In this document: one piece after another, positions 1 to 12,565 of the stretch
Position numbering within the stretch: the stretch's first letter is position 1
How the letters are laid out: the number at the start of each line of letters is the position of its first letter
Source of the DNA: Scenedesmus sp. PABB004
Lineage: Eukaryota
NCBI GenBank assembly: GCA_014905635.1
Contig: JABVCE010000026.1
Span: 434,001-498,000 of the forward strand
DNA: 64,000 bases
Direction: 5' to 3'
Program-made: the position numbers and the translations under genes
The notes under the pieces: generated by a model
What the model saw: the letters and a program-made list of their open reading frames with translations, nothing else
Database searches by the model: none
Told to the model about the DNA's origin: nothing

Positions 1-868
1 CGCCGAGCAGGGCGCCCGCGGCAGCGGCGGCGGCGGCCGCGAGGCGGCGGCCAAGTCGCGGGCGGTGCCGCAGCCGGATCCCGGGCCGGCGGCGGCGCAT
101 GCGGGGGCCATTGACCTGCTGACCTCCTCGCTGGTGACGCTGAACTGCCTCATACAGCGCCAGGTCCAGGGCCTGACGCGCGGCACAGGAGACGCGCCGC
201 GCGGCCTGCCGAGCACTGACCCCAGCTCGACCGAGCTCGCGGGGCTGAGCATGGAGCTGCAGCCATCGCAGCTGCTTGCGGCGCCGGGCAGCGGCGGCGG
301 CGGCGGCGGCTGGGCGGCACTGGGCGAGCCAGAGTTGCAGTTCCTGGCGGCCGGCGGCGGCGCCAGCCTCCATGCAGAGCGCTCGGCTGCGTGCGGGGCG
401 GCTGCGCCGCGTGAGCCGCGGGCCGGGCAGGCGCCGGGCTGCGGTTGGCAGCCCGAGGACGACGACGCAGTGCTGCTGGGCACGCTGCGCGGCAGCCTCA
501 GCGCTGCCAGCCACCTGACTGCGGCGGCGGCCGCGGCCGAGGCGGCAGACGGGCACCCCCGGCCGCCTAGCGCCGCACGGTGCAGCGCCAGCCCCGAGCC
601 CGAGCAGCCGGGCCCCGCCATTGGCAGCAGCTGGGGCAGCGCCAGCGCGCGGCTGGTCGCGGGCGACGACGGCGGTGAGGCGTTTGAGGTGTGTGAGTAC
701 AGCGAGGATGAGGAGGAGCAGGAGAGCGATGGCGAGGGCAGCGACGGCGGCGGCGGCCAGGGCGGCGAGCTCGAGCTGGCCGCGTCGTCGGAGCTGGCTG
801 AGCAGGCGGCGCGCCTCGGCGCGGGGCTGGCCGCGCTCGCGCAGCTGACCGCGGGCGACGGCGCGTGA
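1..868 (+). CDS. 3' end of an unknown gene (low-complexity protein with an acidic tract); 5' end probably outside the window
   Basis: Open frame to TGA at 866-868 with coding-like Leu/Ala/Glu content (EYSEDEEEQESDGE); a TGCAA follows at 897-901. No family motif recognised. Confidence 0.5.
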   Translation, partial: AEQGARGSGGGGREAAAKSRAVPQPDPGPAAAHAGAIDLLTSSLVTLNCLIQRQVQGLTRGTGDAPRGLPSTDPSSTELAGLSMELQPSQLLAAPGSGGGGGGWAALGEPELQFLAAGGGASLHAERSAACGAAAPREPRAGQAPGCGWQPEDDDAVLLGTLRGSLSAASHLTAAAAAAEAADGHPRPPSAARCSASPEPEQPGPAIGSSWGSASARLVAGDDGGEAFEVCEYSEDEEEQESDGEGSDGGGGQGGELELAASSELAEQAARLGAGLAALAQLTAGDGA

Positions 869-910
869 GCAGCGCGCGGGAGGGGCGTTAAAGCGCTGCA
901 ACGTCGCAGC

Positions 911-2067
911 TCAGCCCGGCGGCGGCGCCGCCGCCGCGGCGGGGGCGGGCGGCGCCTGCTTCCGCGCGGCCGCGGCCTTGAACTCCGAGCCGCACGTCGG
1001 GCAGGCCGGGAGCTTCATGTTAGCCTTACAGAAGATGGAGAGGCAGACGGAGCAGATGTAGCCGGTGTCTATGACGGTCTTGTGGCAGAAGCAGGTCGCC
1101 CGAAAGTCGACGCCGCGCTCGCCCGCGCCCGTCGCGAGCGCGGCGCGCGTCGCCGTGTCGGCGCTGAACCCGGCCAGCAGGTACGCGAGCAGGCCGTCGG
1201 GCGCGGAGGGGCGCAGGTAGAGCCCGCCCGTGAGGTGCGCGGCCTGCTGCAGGAACGCCGAGTCGGCGGGCCCCAGCACGCACGCGTCGACCGCCACGCC
1301 GCCGGCCTGGGCGGCAAAGATGGCGTTCATGACTGGGATGTACTGCAGCGGCGTGTCGGCGGCGCGCACGAGCGCGAGCAGCCGCGGCTTGGCGCGGCGC
1401 CGCCCCGTCGCGCCGTAGCGGTGCGCGAGGCGCGCCGCGTAGCACAGCGCGCGCGACAGCCCCGCCGCGAGCGCAACCTCGGGCGGGCCCGCGCCCGGCG
1501 GCTGCTGCGCCGGCTCGCCCTGGCCGGGGCCTGCGGGCGCGGGGCGGCGGCGGCGCGCTGGGCGCGGGCCCGGCGGCGGCGGCGGCGGCCCGCTGCCAGC
1601 GTGCAGCCCGCGCCGCGCCGCACCCGCCGCCGCGCAGCGCAGCAGCGCCGCCACGCGCGACACGAGCAGCGCCGCGACGCCGCCGCTGCCGGGCGTGGCC
1701 GCGGCGGGCGTGTAAACAAACGGCGCCGCGGCGGGCTGCAGCGCGATGACCGCCTGGTGGTTGTGCTCGCTCAGCAGCTGGTGGGCCTTGAGGAACAGCG
1801 CCACCTGTTGCAGCGGCGGCGCGCCCCGGCGTCAGGGCGGCGGCCGCGCGCGCGTGGGCGTCGGCGGCGGCGCGGGGCGGCGCGCCTGCTGCAGCAGCAC
1901 GTCCGGTGCCACGCCCACGCCGGCGTCCGGGCGCAGCAGCGTGGTGTCCAGCAGCAGCACCAGCAGCTCGCCCTCCGCGTCTGCGGGCGCGCCACGCAGC
2001 TGAGTGGGCGGCGGCAGCAGCGGCGCAGCAGCGGGCGCCGCGGCGCGGGCCGCGCCGCACCTGCCAT
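911..2067 (-). CDS. TFB4: TFIIH subunit p34/Tfb4 (VWA fold + C-terminal Zn finger), 3 exons: 2067-2061, 1980-1886, 1804-911
   Basis: Spliced MAD-AEGELLVLLLDT..LLQQ|VALFLKAH; motifs QYIPVMNAIFAAQ, VDACVL, FLQQAAHLTGGLY, VDFRATCFCH, GYICSVCLSIFC, CPTC. Intron 1 is GT-AG, intron 2 is GC-AG. Confidence 0.92.
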
Positions 2068-2538
2068 GCCGGGCCCTGCCGGCAGCGCTGCACCGGTGTT
2101 GCGCACTGCCGAGCCGCGGCTCCTCGCGCCCAGGGGGGCCGGCCTTGCGCCGCCGCTGCTGCTGCTGCTGCTGCTGCGACGCCTGCCGCCGAGCCGCAAC
2201 GAGCCGCCCGCAGAGCCGCCCGAACTGTCGGGAGGCTGTCCGAGGATCGGTGGAGGCACCTGGCAGCTGGTGCTGCGGCTGAGGGCGGCGGCAGCGAACG
2301 CGCAGCTGCGGAAGGCGGCGATGCACGCGGCAGGTCCGCGCACGACTCGGTGGCGGGCGCAAGCGGTTGACAGGGATGTGGGGAGGGGTTGTGTTTGCTC
2401 GGAGGCCGCCGCCCACACCCGGGCGCCCGCCGCCGCGCAGAACCGCACAGCAGGCTCGGCAGACACCCCCCCCCCCCGCGCGCTAGGGGTAAAAGAATAA
2501 CAAGCAAGAAATATCATTCAGAGGACCGATCGGACCGA

Positions 2539-5500
2539 TCAACGCCACCCGGCCCGCGCGAGCGCGCCGCGCAGCGCCTGCGCCGCCTCGCGCGCGGCGA
2601 CGAGCAGGTCGCCCAGGCGCTCGCCGCCGCCGGCGGCGGCCGGGTCGTCGCCGCCGGCGGCGGGGTCGTCCTTGTGCTTGGCCTCATCGCGCAGCAGCAG
2701 CACCAGGTCGGCCGCGTTGACCAGCAGGATGGCGGTCATGGCGGCGACAAACATCGCCGCCATCGCGAGCGGGCCGGCCTGGTCGTCGACGCGCCTGCGC
2801 GCGCGCGGCGCGTCGGCGCGGCGCCCCCGTCGGCACGCCGCGCACCGCACCGCGCCGCCCCGCGCGCCACCCCCACGCGCGCGCGCGCGCCGCGCCCGCA
2901 CCGGTAGCGCATCGAGTGCAGGCGCTTGCCGCGCCAGACGTAGATGGCGAGCGCGTACGCGACGACGACGCAGCTCGCGGGCAGCAGGAGCAGCGAGATG
3001 ATCTCGGCGACGTGCAGCGCGGGGCGCTTGACCGGGTCGACGTAGGCCATCGCGCTGTAGCCGAGCAGCAGCAGCGCCGCGCTCGCGAGCGTGATCGCGA
3101 GGTTGAGCCAGTCCAGGAGGACCGCCTCGCTGTAGAAAAACTCGCGGCACTCGAGCAGCTGCACCGGGTGCCCGCGCCGCCAGCGCGAGCCGCCCGCGTC
3201 GGAGCTGCGACACCGCGCGTGGCGGCGGCGCGCGGCGGCGCGGCTGAGCGCGGCCGGCCGGCGGGCGCGGCGCGGGCGCGCCGCCGCCGCCGCGGCCGCA
3301 CCTGCGTCCCTGCGGCCGGAAGAGCGGCGGCAGCCGCTCGCGGCCGTGCACGGCCGAGCTCAGGTGGCGCAGCAGCGCGCGGCCGGCGCCCCCATCGCCG
3401 CCGCGCGGCGTGGCGGCGGCCGGCGTGCGGGGCGTGCCGGCGAAGCTGCTGCCGCCGTCGCCGCCGCCGCCGCCCAGCAGCGGCTGCGCCGCGCCCCCCG
3501 CGCTCGGCGGGCCCGCGCCGCCCCCGCCGGCGTCCAGCAGGCTGCCGGCGCTGCTGCGCCGCCGCCGGCTGCCGCCGCCCGCGGGGCTGCGCGGCGAGCC
3601 GCCCGGCGAGCTGCGCCCGCCGATGCTGATGCTCCGCGTCACGCTGCTCGCCAGCCGCGCCAGCAGCGGCTGCGCCCCGCCGCCGCTGCTGGCGCCGCCC
3701 TGCGCCGCCGCCGGCGCCGCCGCCGCCGCGGCCTCAGCGTCGGCCGCCGCCGCCGCCGCCGCCGCCGCGGCCTCGCGGCGGTGGATCGCGGCCTCCAGGT
3801 CTGCGTGCGCCGCCTGGACGCTCAGGTCCACGAGCGGGTCATCGATCCAGTAGGGCACAGCGAGCACCGCCTCGGGCAGCAGCACCGCGGCGCCGTGCAC
3901 AAACTTTGACCAGTCCTCCACGGGGCGCAGCAGCTCGCTCTCCATCAGCCCGAGCAGCCACCCCGGCGGCGGCGCCGCGCCACGCGGCAGGCGCAGGCTG
4001 ACCTTGAGCAGCGCGTATGGCATGCTGTACTCGGGCGCCGGCGGCGCCGCGCCGCCCCCAGCGGACGCGCCCGCCGCGCCGCCGCCGCCGCCGGGGCAGG
4101 CGTCAAACACGCGCGCCCACGTCGCCGCCGCCGCGTTTTCGCGCGCCGCGAGCGCATCGCCAAAGCTCCGCGCCGGCGGCAGCGGGGGCCACGCGCCGCC
4201 GCCGCCCGCCGGCTGCGCGGCGCCGCCCCCAGGCACGTTCACCTGCGCGGCGGCGGCGGCGGCGCGCGGCGGCGTCAGGGCGCGGCGGCGGCGGCGGCGT
4301 TGTCAGGGCGCGGCGCTGCCCCGGCGGCGGCATCAGGGCGCTGCGCCCGGCGGCGCCCACGCCCGTGCCCAGCGCACCACCGCGCGCATCGTCACGTCGG
4401 TGTCGAGCGTTATCTTCACCGAGTCGTCAAAGGGCATCGCAAAGACCATGCGCGACAGCGCCGCGTGCAGCACGGGCCGCAGCCGCCGCGCCGACACGCG
4501 GCGCTGCAGCTCTGTGAACAGCGAGAGCTGGTCCGCGCTCGGCACGGGCGGGTCGAGGTAGGCATCATCGTACGCACCCGCCACCGGGCAGGCGTCGGGC
4601 GCGCCCAGCTCGCAGGCGGCGGGCGCGCCGGGCGCGCCGGGCGCGCCGGGCGCGCCGCCGTCCGGCGCCTCGCTGCCGCCGGCGCCGGCCACGGGCGCGC
4701 CCGCGCCGCCCAGCGACGCGCTGGGCGGCGCGCGGTGCGCCTCGAGCGCGGCCAGGCCGCCGCTGCCCTGGGAGCGGGCGCTGCCGCTGGAGCCGAGCAC
4801 CAGGCCGCGCGGCACGCGGATGCCGTGCGCCGACGCCGACGCCGCGAGCTCGACGTCTGCGTCGAGCTCGCGCGCCGCCGCCGCCGCGTCGCCGCCGCCG
4901 CCGCGCCGGTGCGCGGCCGCGTAAAAGGGCGACGCCGCGGCGCGCTGCCGCCGTGCGGCCGCGGCCGCGCGCGCGGCGCGCAGGCCGTCGAGCGTCTCCT
5001 GCAGGCGCTGCTGCAGGCCGGGCACGGCGCAGAGCTGGCTCAGCGCGTCGCCGAGGGTGTAGGACCCAGCAAGGTAGCTTGGCAGAACCTCGCCCGCCAG
5101 CAGCAGCGCGCCCTTCGCGTTGCGCTCGCCTGCGGGCCGGCGGCGCCGGCGGCGGCGGCGGCGCGGCGCAGGCGGGCGCGCGCGTGGGCGGCGGCGCGCG
5201 CGTGGGCGGCGGCGCGCGCGGCGCCGCGCGGCGCGGGCGGGCGCGCGCGTGGGCGGCGGCGCGCGCGGCGCCGCGCGGCGCGGGGCGCGCGCGTGGGCAG
5301 CAGCGCGGCGCCGCACCCTTCCAGCCCTCCCTGTAGATCTTGCGCTCCAGCACGACGCGGTCGGGCGGCCCGCCGCCGGGCGGCGCGATCCAGCGCGCCT
5401 TGACCGTGAGCGCCCCGGGGCGCATGTAGAGGCGGCCGTGGTAAAGGTCGAGGCCGGGGGAGTCAAAGTAGGCCGTGTGCAGCGGCGTGGTGAAGCCCGC

Positions 5501-5777
5501 AAACTCCTGCAGCCGCGCGCGCGGCGGCGGCGGCGGCGCGGCCGCGGCGCCGGGGGGCTCCCGCCCCTGCGCCGCCGCGCGGGCGCCGCGCCGGCGCGCG
5601 GGCCAAACGCGGGCGCGCCGCCGCCGCCGGCGCCGGCGCCGTGCGCGGTGCTGGGCAGCAGCGGGAGGTGCTGCAGAATGAGGTACATCACGGCTGAGAC
5701 GCTGTCATGCGGCAGCCAGTACTTGCGCGTGAGCGTGAGCGTGCCGCCGTCCGCCTGGTCCAGCTGCGGCGCCCCCA

Positions 5778-5812
<35 letters not shown>

Positions 5813-7094
5813 TGCTGCTGCTGCTGCGGCACCGCCAGCTGCCGCGGCGTCGCGCCGCCGCCGAGCACCGCCGTCGCGGCGCCCGCGACCGCCGAGCCGA
5901 GTGCCGGCAGCAGGGCGCTCAGCCCGCGCGCCGCGCCGCCGCTCCCCGTGCGGCCCGCCGCCGCGTCGAGCGACGCGCGGCCGCCGGGGCCCAGAGCCGC
6001 GGACATGCTGCCGCTGCGGCTGCCGCTACCGCCGCCGCCGCCGCCGCCGCCGGAGGTGGTGGTGCTGCTGGTGAGCATGCGGGCATGGAGCTGGTAGTAG
6101 CAGCTGCTCAGCGCAGCCCACAGGAGCTGGCGCTGCGCCTCGTCGAGCCAGGGCGTGCGCTGGAGGTGGTGGAGGTAGAGGTGCCACACGGGGCACTCGG
6201 GCAGCAGCTGCGGCGGCGGCGGCGGCCGTTCGGCGTCGGTCGCTGCGCGGCGGGGCCGGCCTCGGCCTCGGCGCGGCGGGCGGCCGGGCGGGCGCCGCCC
6301 GCACGCGCGGCGCGCACAGCGTGCGCAGCGCGCCCGCCGTGCTGCACACCTTGTCGTGCTTCTTTACGATCTTCACAAACCCCGCCTGGTTAAGCTGCAC
6401 AAAGCCCTCGAGCGCGAGCAGCTGCTGCCCCAGGCGCCGCGCGGACCGGTCGAGCCCCCGCCAGTCGGCCGCCGCCAGGCGCGGCGCGGCGGCGGCGAGC
6501 GCCTCGAGCTCGGCCGACAGCTCGGCCGCGCGGGAGACGATGAAGTCGTGCACCTGGCGCGCCCCCGGGGGCGGGCGGGGCCCACGGCAGGCGGGCGGCA
6601 GGAGGGGGGCGGGCGGTCAACAGGGGCGGGCGGGCGGGGGAAGGCGCGCGGGCGCACAGGCAGTCAGGCAGGCGCCTGCGGCGCGCGGCGGCGCGTGGGG
6701 GCGCGCGCCCAACCTTGGCGAGGTCCTGCTGCAGCATCTGCAGGAACTGCTCCTGCGCCGTGCCAAACGGCGCGAGGCTGGCGGGCGCGTACGCGCCGGA
6801 CGCCTCGCCGCGGAGCGGCGCCGCGGCACCGCCGCCGCCAGCATCAGGGCCGCGCCCGGGCGGCGCCGCAACGGCGCCGCCGCCGCCGCGCCGCAGCGAC
6901 CCGCCGCCGGCGCCCGCGACGCCGAGCGCGCGCACGATGCTCAGGCTCGCGGTCTGGGGCGACGCGGCCAGCAGGTCGACCGCGCCGCCCGACGCCGCGG
7001 CCTGCTTGAGCTTCTTCTTGAGCGCGCCATAGTCGATGTACGCGTGCCGCCACTCCGGCACGAGCGCCGCCTCGAGCTGCTGCCCAAACTTCAT
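2539..7094 (-). CDS. SPX + VTC (polyphosphate polymerase-like) + DUF202 transmembrane protein of the VTC2/3/4 family, multi-exon
   Basis: SPX: MKFGQQL..VPEWRHAYIDYGALKKKLK and FVQLNQAGFVKIVKKHDK. VTC: TRKYWL, YFDSPGLDLYHGRL, ERK, VKITLDT, WSKFVHG, VPYWID. TM region: FFYSEAVLLDWLNLAITL, YALAIYVWR, DDQAGP. Confidence 0.88.
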
Positions 7095-7874
7095 GGCTCG
7101 CACCGCCCGCGGCGCTCGCTCAGCACGAGCGCGCCGCCGCGGCGGCGGCGCCGCCGGCGCGCCGCGGCCGCCGCGGCCGCATCGCCCGCGCCGTTGCCCT
7201 GGCTACGGCGGCCTGCTGGGAGGGAGCGGGGCCGCAGCCGGCCGCGTCGCCACGCCTGCGTGCGGCGGCGCGAGCAGCGGCGGCGGCGCGCGGCGCGTGG
7301 TGCGGGCGGCGGCCCGCTGCGGGCGCCCTCGATCGCATGGCCACGCCGAGCGACCGGAACGCCGGCGCGCGGGCGACGCCGGGCGCTGGGAGTGGAGGAG
7401 TGCTGCTGCTGCTGCTGCCGCGCTGTCCAGGCCGGCGCACCGCGCGCGGCGCACGCCCGATCCGCGAACAGGTTGACGCACCGAACGCGACGCCGGGGCC
7501 TGCGTCGCGTTGTGCTCTCGACGCGCGCGCGCGATGCTCCGGCTTTTTCGCTGCTGCGCCGGCGCGCGCAGGTCGGTGAGTCGTCGTGACGCAAGCGCGA
7601 TGCTCTGCGAGTGCGGCCAGCCCTGGGCGGTCAAGCCGCGCCGCAGTGACCGCGCCGCGAAACCTGGTCGTCTGCCGCCACCCGGCATCCAGGAGCCCGC
7701 TCCACGCGCTGCTCTGCTCCACGCGCCGCTCCACGCGTCCCTGCCGCCTCGCCACGCCTCCTCGACCACACAGCAGGGCCCCTTCATAGCCCTGCTCCAT
7801 CTGCCCACCCCCAACTCCCCCCGCCACCCACGCGCCCTGGCGGCCGGCGCACTCACTGCCGGACGTCCCACAAC

Positions 7875-10800
7875 ATGTCTACGCAGCTCGTGCTGCACGT
7901 GCGGGCGGCCCCGAGCAGCCCGTCGGCGTCGTCGAGCAGCGACAGCACCGGCGCGGACGGATCAAAGGCCAAGCGCGGGCTGCTGGTGACGTTTGAGGTG
8001 CGCCGCGCTGCTCGAGGGCACCAGCGCGCGCGGCGCCGGGGCGCGCGAGGGCGTGCAGAGGCCGGGACGCAGTTGGCCTCTCGGGGCAGCTGCTGCCGCG
8101 ACGCCGGCGGCCCTGACGCAGCGCCCACGCGGGAGGCCGTCGGCCCCACCGCGCGCAGCCGGCAGCCGGCGGCGCGCCGGGCGCCCCAGCACCGCGTGCC
8201 GCGCCGCGCCACGCGCGCGCCGCGCCGCCCGACCGCTCGCGCGCGCGCGCGCGCAGGATGTCGGCTACTCGCTGCCCGCGCGCGGCGGGCAGCGCACCAC
8301 CATCCTGGTCGGCATCACGGGCTGCTTCTGCCCCGGCGCCATGACCGCGGTGGTGCGCGGGCGCCGCCGCGCGGAGTGCGCGGCCGCAGCCTGGCGCGCG
8401 CGGCGGCGGCCGCACAGCCTGACGCGCCGCGCCGCGCCCCGGCGCCCCCCCCCTCCCCGCCCGAAGCTCGGCCCGAGCGGCAGCGGCAAGACCACGCTGC
8501 TGGACGTCCTCGCCGGGCGCAAGACCGCGGGCGCGGCGGTCGGCGCGGTGCGCTACGGTGGGCTGCCGCCGAGCCGCGCGCTGCTGCGCCGCGCGGCGGG
8601 CTATGTGGAGCAGTTCGACACGCTCCTCGATTCGCTGACCTGCGAGGAGATGCTGAGCTACACCGCCGCTCTCAAGCGCCCGCGGCGCGAGCCGCTCGCG
8701 ACCAAGCAGGCCGCCGTGCGCGGCCTGCTGCGCCGCCTCGGGCTGGCGGGCGTGGCGGGCGCGCAGATCGGCGGCGTGCTCAAGCGCGGCATCAGCGGCG
8801 GCCAGGCAAAGCGCCTCAACATCGGTGCGCCGCCGCACCGCACAGCGGCGGGCGCAGAGCGGCGGCGGCGGCGGAGCGGCGGCGCCAGCCTGCGGCCGCC
8901 CCGGCCGCGCCCCCCGTCACGCCCGCGCGCCCGCCCGCCCGCCTGCTGGCCGCCCGCCGCTCGTCCAGGAATCGCGCTGATCACGGAGCCCTCGGTCCTC
9001 TTCCTGGACGAGCCGACGAGCGGGCTCGACAGCTTCACCGCCGCCGAGGTGCGGCGCACACGGCGCGATCCCTCTGCGCGGGCGCGGCCCGGGCGCGCCT
9101 GCTCCCCTGCCGCCGCCGCAGCCGCCACCGCCGCCGCGGCCCACCGCCGCCGCGCCGCTGCCGCCTGCTGCACAGGTCATGGGCGTCGTCGCGGGGCTCG
9201 CGCGCGCCGACGGCACGACGGTCGCGAGCACGATCCACTCGCCGAGCAGCTCCGTGTTTGGGCTCTTTGACCGCCTGCTCGTGCTGCTCGGCGGCCGGCT
9301 CGTCTACCTCGGCCCGCCGGGCGAGGCCGCGATCGCCTACTTTACGGCGTCCGTCGGCGCGCGGGAGCCGCGGCTCGGCGACAACCTGGCCGAGTGGATG
9401 CTCGAGGCGGTCACGCAGGCGCAGCGCGGCGGCGGCGGCGACGGCGCCGGCAGCTTTGGCGGCAAGGCCGGCAGCGGCGGCGGCGGCGACCTCGCCGCGG
9501 CGTACCGGCGCAGCGAGCTCGCGCAGGCCAACCTGTCGGAGCTCGCGGCGCTCGCCGAGTCACAGGCGCGGCGGCGCGCGCACAGCGCGTCGATGCGGGA
9601 GCTGCAGGCGCTGGCCGGCGACGACGGCGGCGGCGGCGGCGGCGGCGCCCGCGGCGCCGGCGGCGCAGCGGGCCGGCGCGGCTGCAGCGGCGGCGGCAGC
9701 GGCGACGGCGGCGCGCGCTGCAGCTGCGGCGGCGGCGGCCCCGGCGGCGAGCCCTGCTGCAGCTGCAGCGCGGCCTGCCTCGACTGCGGTGCCTACGTCA
9801 CGCCGCCGTGGTGGGGGCTCAAGGTGCGGCGGCGGCGCCGCGCGCGCCCTTGGCCGGCCGCCGGCGGCCTCACCTGTCGTGCTGCACGCGCGCACGCACA
9901 TGCAGCGCGCGCGCGCACACTTCACACCCACACACGCCACGCGCCACACACTTCGTCAGGTGTTGCTGCAGTACCGGACGCTGCGGCACTATCGCTCGCC
10001 CGCGTACGTGCTGCCGCGGCTGCTGGAGAAGCTGCTCTTTGCGGCTGTCACGCTCTCGCTGTACTGGGGCAAGGGCGACGACCTCGGCACCCTGAACGTG
10101 CCCGTGCTCTCCAGCCTGCTCTTCCTGCAGGTGCGCGCGTGTGTGTGTGCGCCCAACCCCGAGCCAGCCCGGCAGTCTGTGCGTCCGTCCGTCCCTCACA
10201 GCGGGCCAGCCTTCCGGCCGCCACCTCGAGCCTCTCAAAACCTCCTGCACCCCGCGCCGCGCCGCCGCCGCCGTGGCTGCTGCCGCCAGGTGCTCGCGCC
10301 CATCTGCGCCGCAATGATGTACCTCCCCTCCATCGGCCTCGAGCGCCCCCTCTACATCCGCGAGCGCTCAGACGGCCTCTACAGGCGCGCGCCGCGCCGC
10401 GCCCGCGCCCGCGCCGCGCAGCCAGGGCGCGACGAGGCGCGCGCGCGCTCGAGCTGCGACGAGGCCGCTGCGCCGTCGCCCCCCCCCCCCCCCCCAGCGC
10501 TGAGCCCCGCACGCCCCGCACGCCCTTCACACCCACGCGCCGCCGCCGCGCCCTATGTGCGTGCCCGCCCTGCCTGGTGCGCAGGCCCGTCACGTACCTG
10601 GTGTTCAAACTGCTGGACGAGCTGCTGCTCATGGCCCCCGTGACCGCGGGCACGTCGGCGGCGGTCTTCTTCGGCGCCCGCCTGCGCGGCAGCTGGGCGC
10701 TCTTCTGGCTCGCGCAGTACGCGACGCTCGCCAACGGCACCGGTGCGCGCGGCGCCCCGCGCCGCCGCCGCGCCGCCGCCGCCGCCGCCGCTTTAGCGCG

Positions 10801-11459
10801 GTGCCGCGCGCGCGCGACGCCCGCTCACGCCGTGTGCCGGCCCGCGCGCGCGCGGCGCAGCGCTGGCCTACTTCCTGGCGTCGGTGTCGCCCGGGCTGAT
10901 GGTCGCGATGCCGCTGCTGTCGTTTGTGCTCATCCTGGCGCTGATGACGTGCGGCTTCATGGTGCGGCGGCACGCCGGGCGCGCGGCCGGGCACGGCAGC
11001 GCGGCGGCGCGGCGGGCGCGGCGCCGAGCCCGGCCGCGGCGCGAGCCTACCCGCGCCCGCCGCCGCTCGGCCGGCCGGCTGCCCCGCCGCGCCGCAGATC
11101 CGGACCGCCGCGATGCCGCTCTTCTGGTGGGGGCGCAGCCCGTCGCCGCGCGCGCCGCGCGCCGCCCGCCCGCGCCGCACGGCGCTCACCGCCCGCCGCG
11201 CCGCGCTCGCGCCACCGGTCCCACCAGGTCGTGGGTGGTCAAGGGCAACGTCGTGCACTACAGCTGGGCGGCGCTGATGGTCAACCAGTACGGCGGCCAG
11301 CCCGGCGCGGGCCGGCTCGGCGGCGTGGGCGTGCTGCAGTACTTTGGCTTCGCCCCGGACTCGGCCTGGACCAGCGTGCACGCCGTCGCGGGCTTCTTCG
11401 CCGGCTGGTCGCTGCTCGCGTGGCTCGCGCTCGCGTTCCTGTGCCGCGGGCGGCGCTGA
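7875..11459 (+). CDS. ABCG (White/WBC-type) half-size ABC transporter, NBD then TMD, multi-exon
   Basis: Walker A GPSGSGKTTLLDVLAGRKT, YVEQFD, signature ISGGQAKR, Walker B LFLDEPTSGLDS, TIHSP, ERPLYIRERSDGLY, hydrophobic C-terminal helices. Confidence 0.93.
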
Positions 11460-11586
11460 CCGGCCTGCACGGGGCGGGGCGAGGGATTCACTCGGGATCG
11501 CTGGGCTCATTTTCCACGAGCGCTCATGTTTTTACACCGGCGCATGCCGCTGTCAGCACCGAGCAGCAGAGCCCTGGGACAGGCCC

Positions 11587-11591
11587 TGTAA
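11587..11591 (+). terminator. Putative chlorophyte polyadenylation signal TGTAA for the ABCG gene
   Basis: TGTAA about 130 nt after the stop codon; TGTAA is the established Chlamydomonas-type signal. Confidence 0.5.
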
Positions 11592-12565
11592 CCGATGCGC
11601 GTCGCGGAGGGAGAGAGTCGAGACAGAGCGGACGCGGGCCGGCAAGCGCCCCGTGCGTGTCTAGCCCGTCCAGCCGCTAGTGTCGTCGTCGTCAGCCCAG
11701 TCGCGCACACATGGAAGGGGATGCAGGGGATGCAGTGAATGGTGGAATGGACGAAAATTCAGGGGATGCGCCGCCGTGTGGTGTTGTGGTGTGGAGGTGC
11801 CCCCGTGGGCGGGTGACCATGGGCAGACGCCGCCGCCGCCGCAGAGTGGCGGCGGGGCGCGCGGTGTTGCAGTCGTGCAGCGGCTGCATGGGCAGCCGTG
11901 TGCCAAGGGATGGGACGGGCCAGTGGTTCAAGCACGCCAGTCATCTGTCCAGTGCTTCGGGTCACGCGCGCGCAAGTCAACGTCCGCCCAGACTCACGAC
12001 CAAACAGACGCGGCTCGCGCGCGGGAGCGCTTGCAGTTCTCGAGCCCGGTCAAGCCCGGCCGCTGCAGCGCGCCGGGTGAGGGGGAGTGGGTTGGTTGGG
12101 CGCGCAGCGGCCGGCCGGGGTCGGCCGGCGCGCCGCGCGTGGGAGCCGAGACGGGTGCGCAGGCCACTCACCAGCCAGCAGCAGATGCGGGTGGCTGCGC
12201 CACACGTGTATGTACATGCCATGCGTGCGCTCCCAGGGCAAAGCCCATACGGGTGAAGCGCGCAGCAGACTCTATAACCCCCACAGGAGCACTCTCCCAT
12301 ACGGGAGACCCACCGACTGACCCAAAGAATGCCCCCGAAGGCAAGAGGGCGGCCCATCTGCCGCAAAGCAGCAGAGCACGCGGCAGAGCTGGTCCGCGCG
12401 CGAGACCACCAGGCACCCCTCCCCTCCCCACACACACCGACCCCCCGCCCCGCCCTCTCCACCCCTCCGGGCGCGTGCTGCCCTGCCCTCGCTGACTGAC
12501 TGTCTCTCTCGTGCCCCGCTCCAGTCACGCGCGCGCCCCCTCTGCCGGGCGCCGCACGCGGCCCC

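Noticed and set aside
5778..5826. (CAG)n/polyQ tracts (also near 2155, 31808 and 41597)
   Set aside because: Common low-complexity features of chlorophyte genes.
11460..12565. Lower-GC interval as an ncRNA or inserted element
   Set aside because: It lies between two convergent stops and contains a TGTAA; best explained as 3' UTRs, with no recognisable RNA structure or termini.
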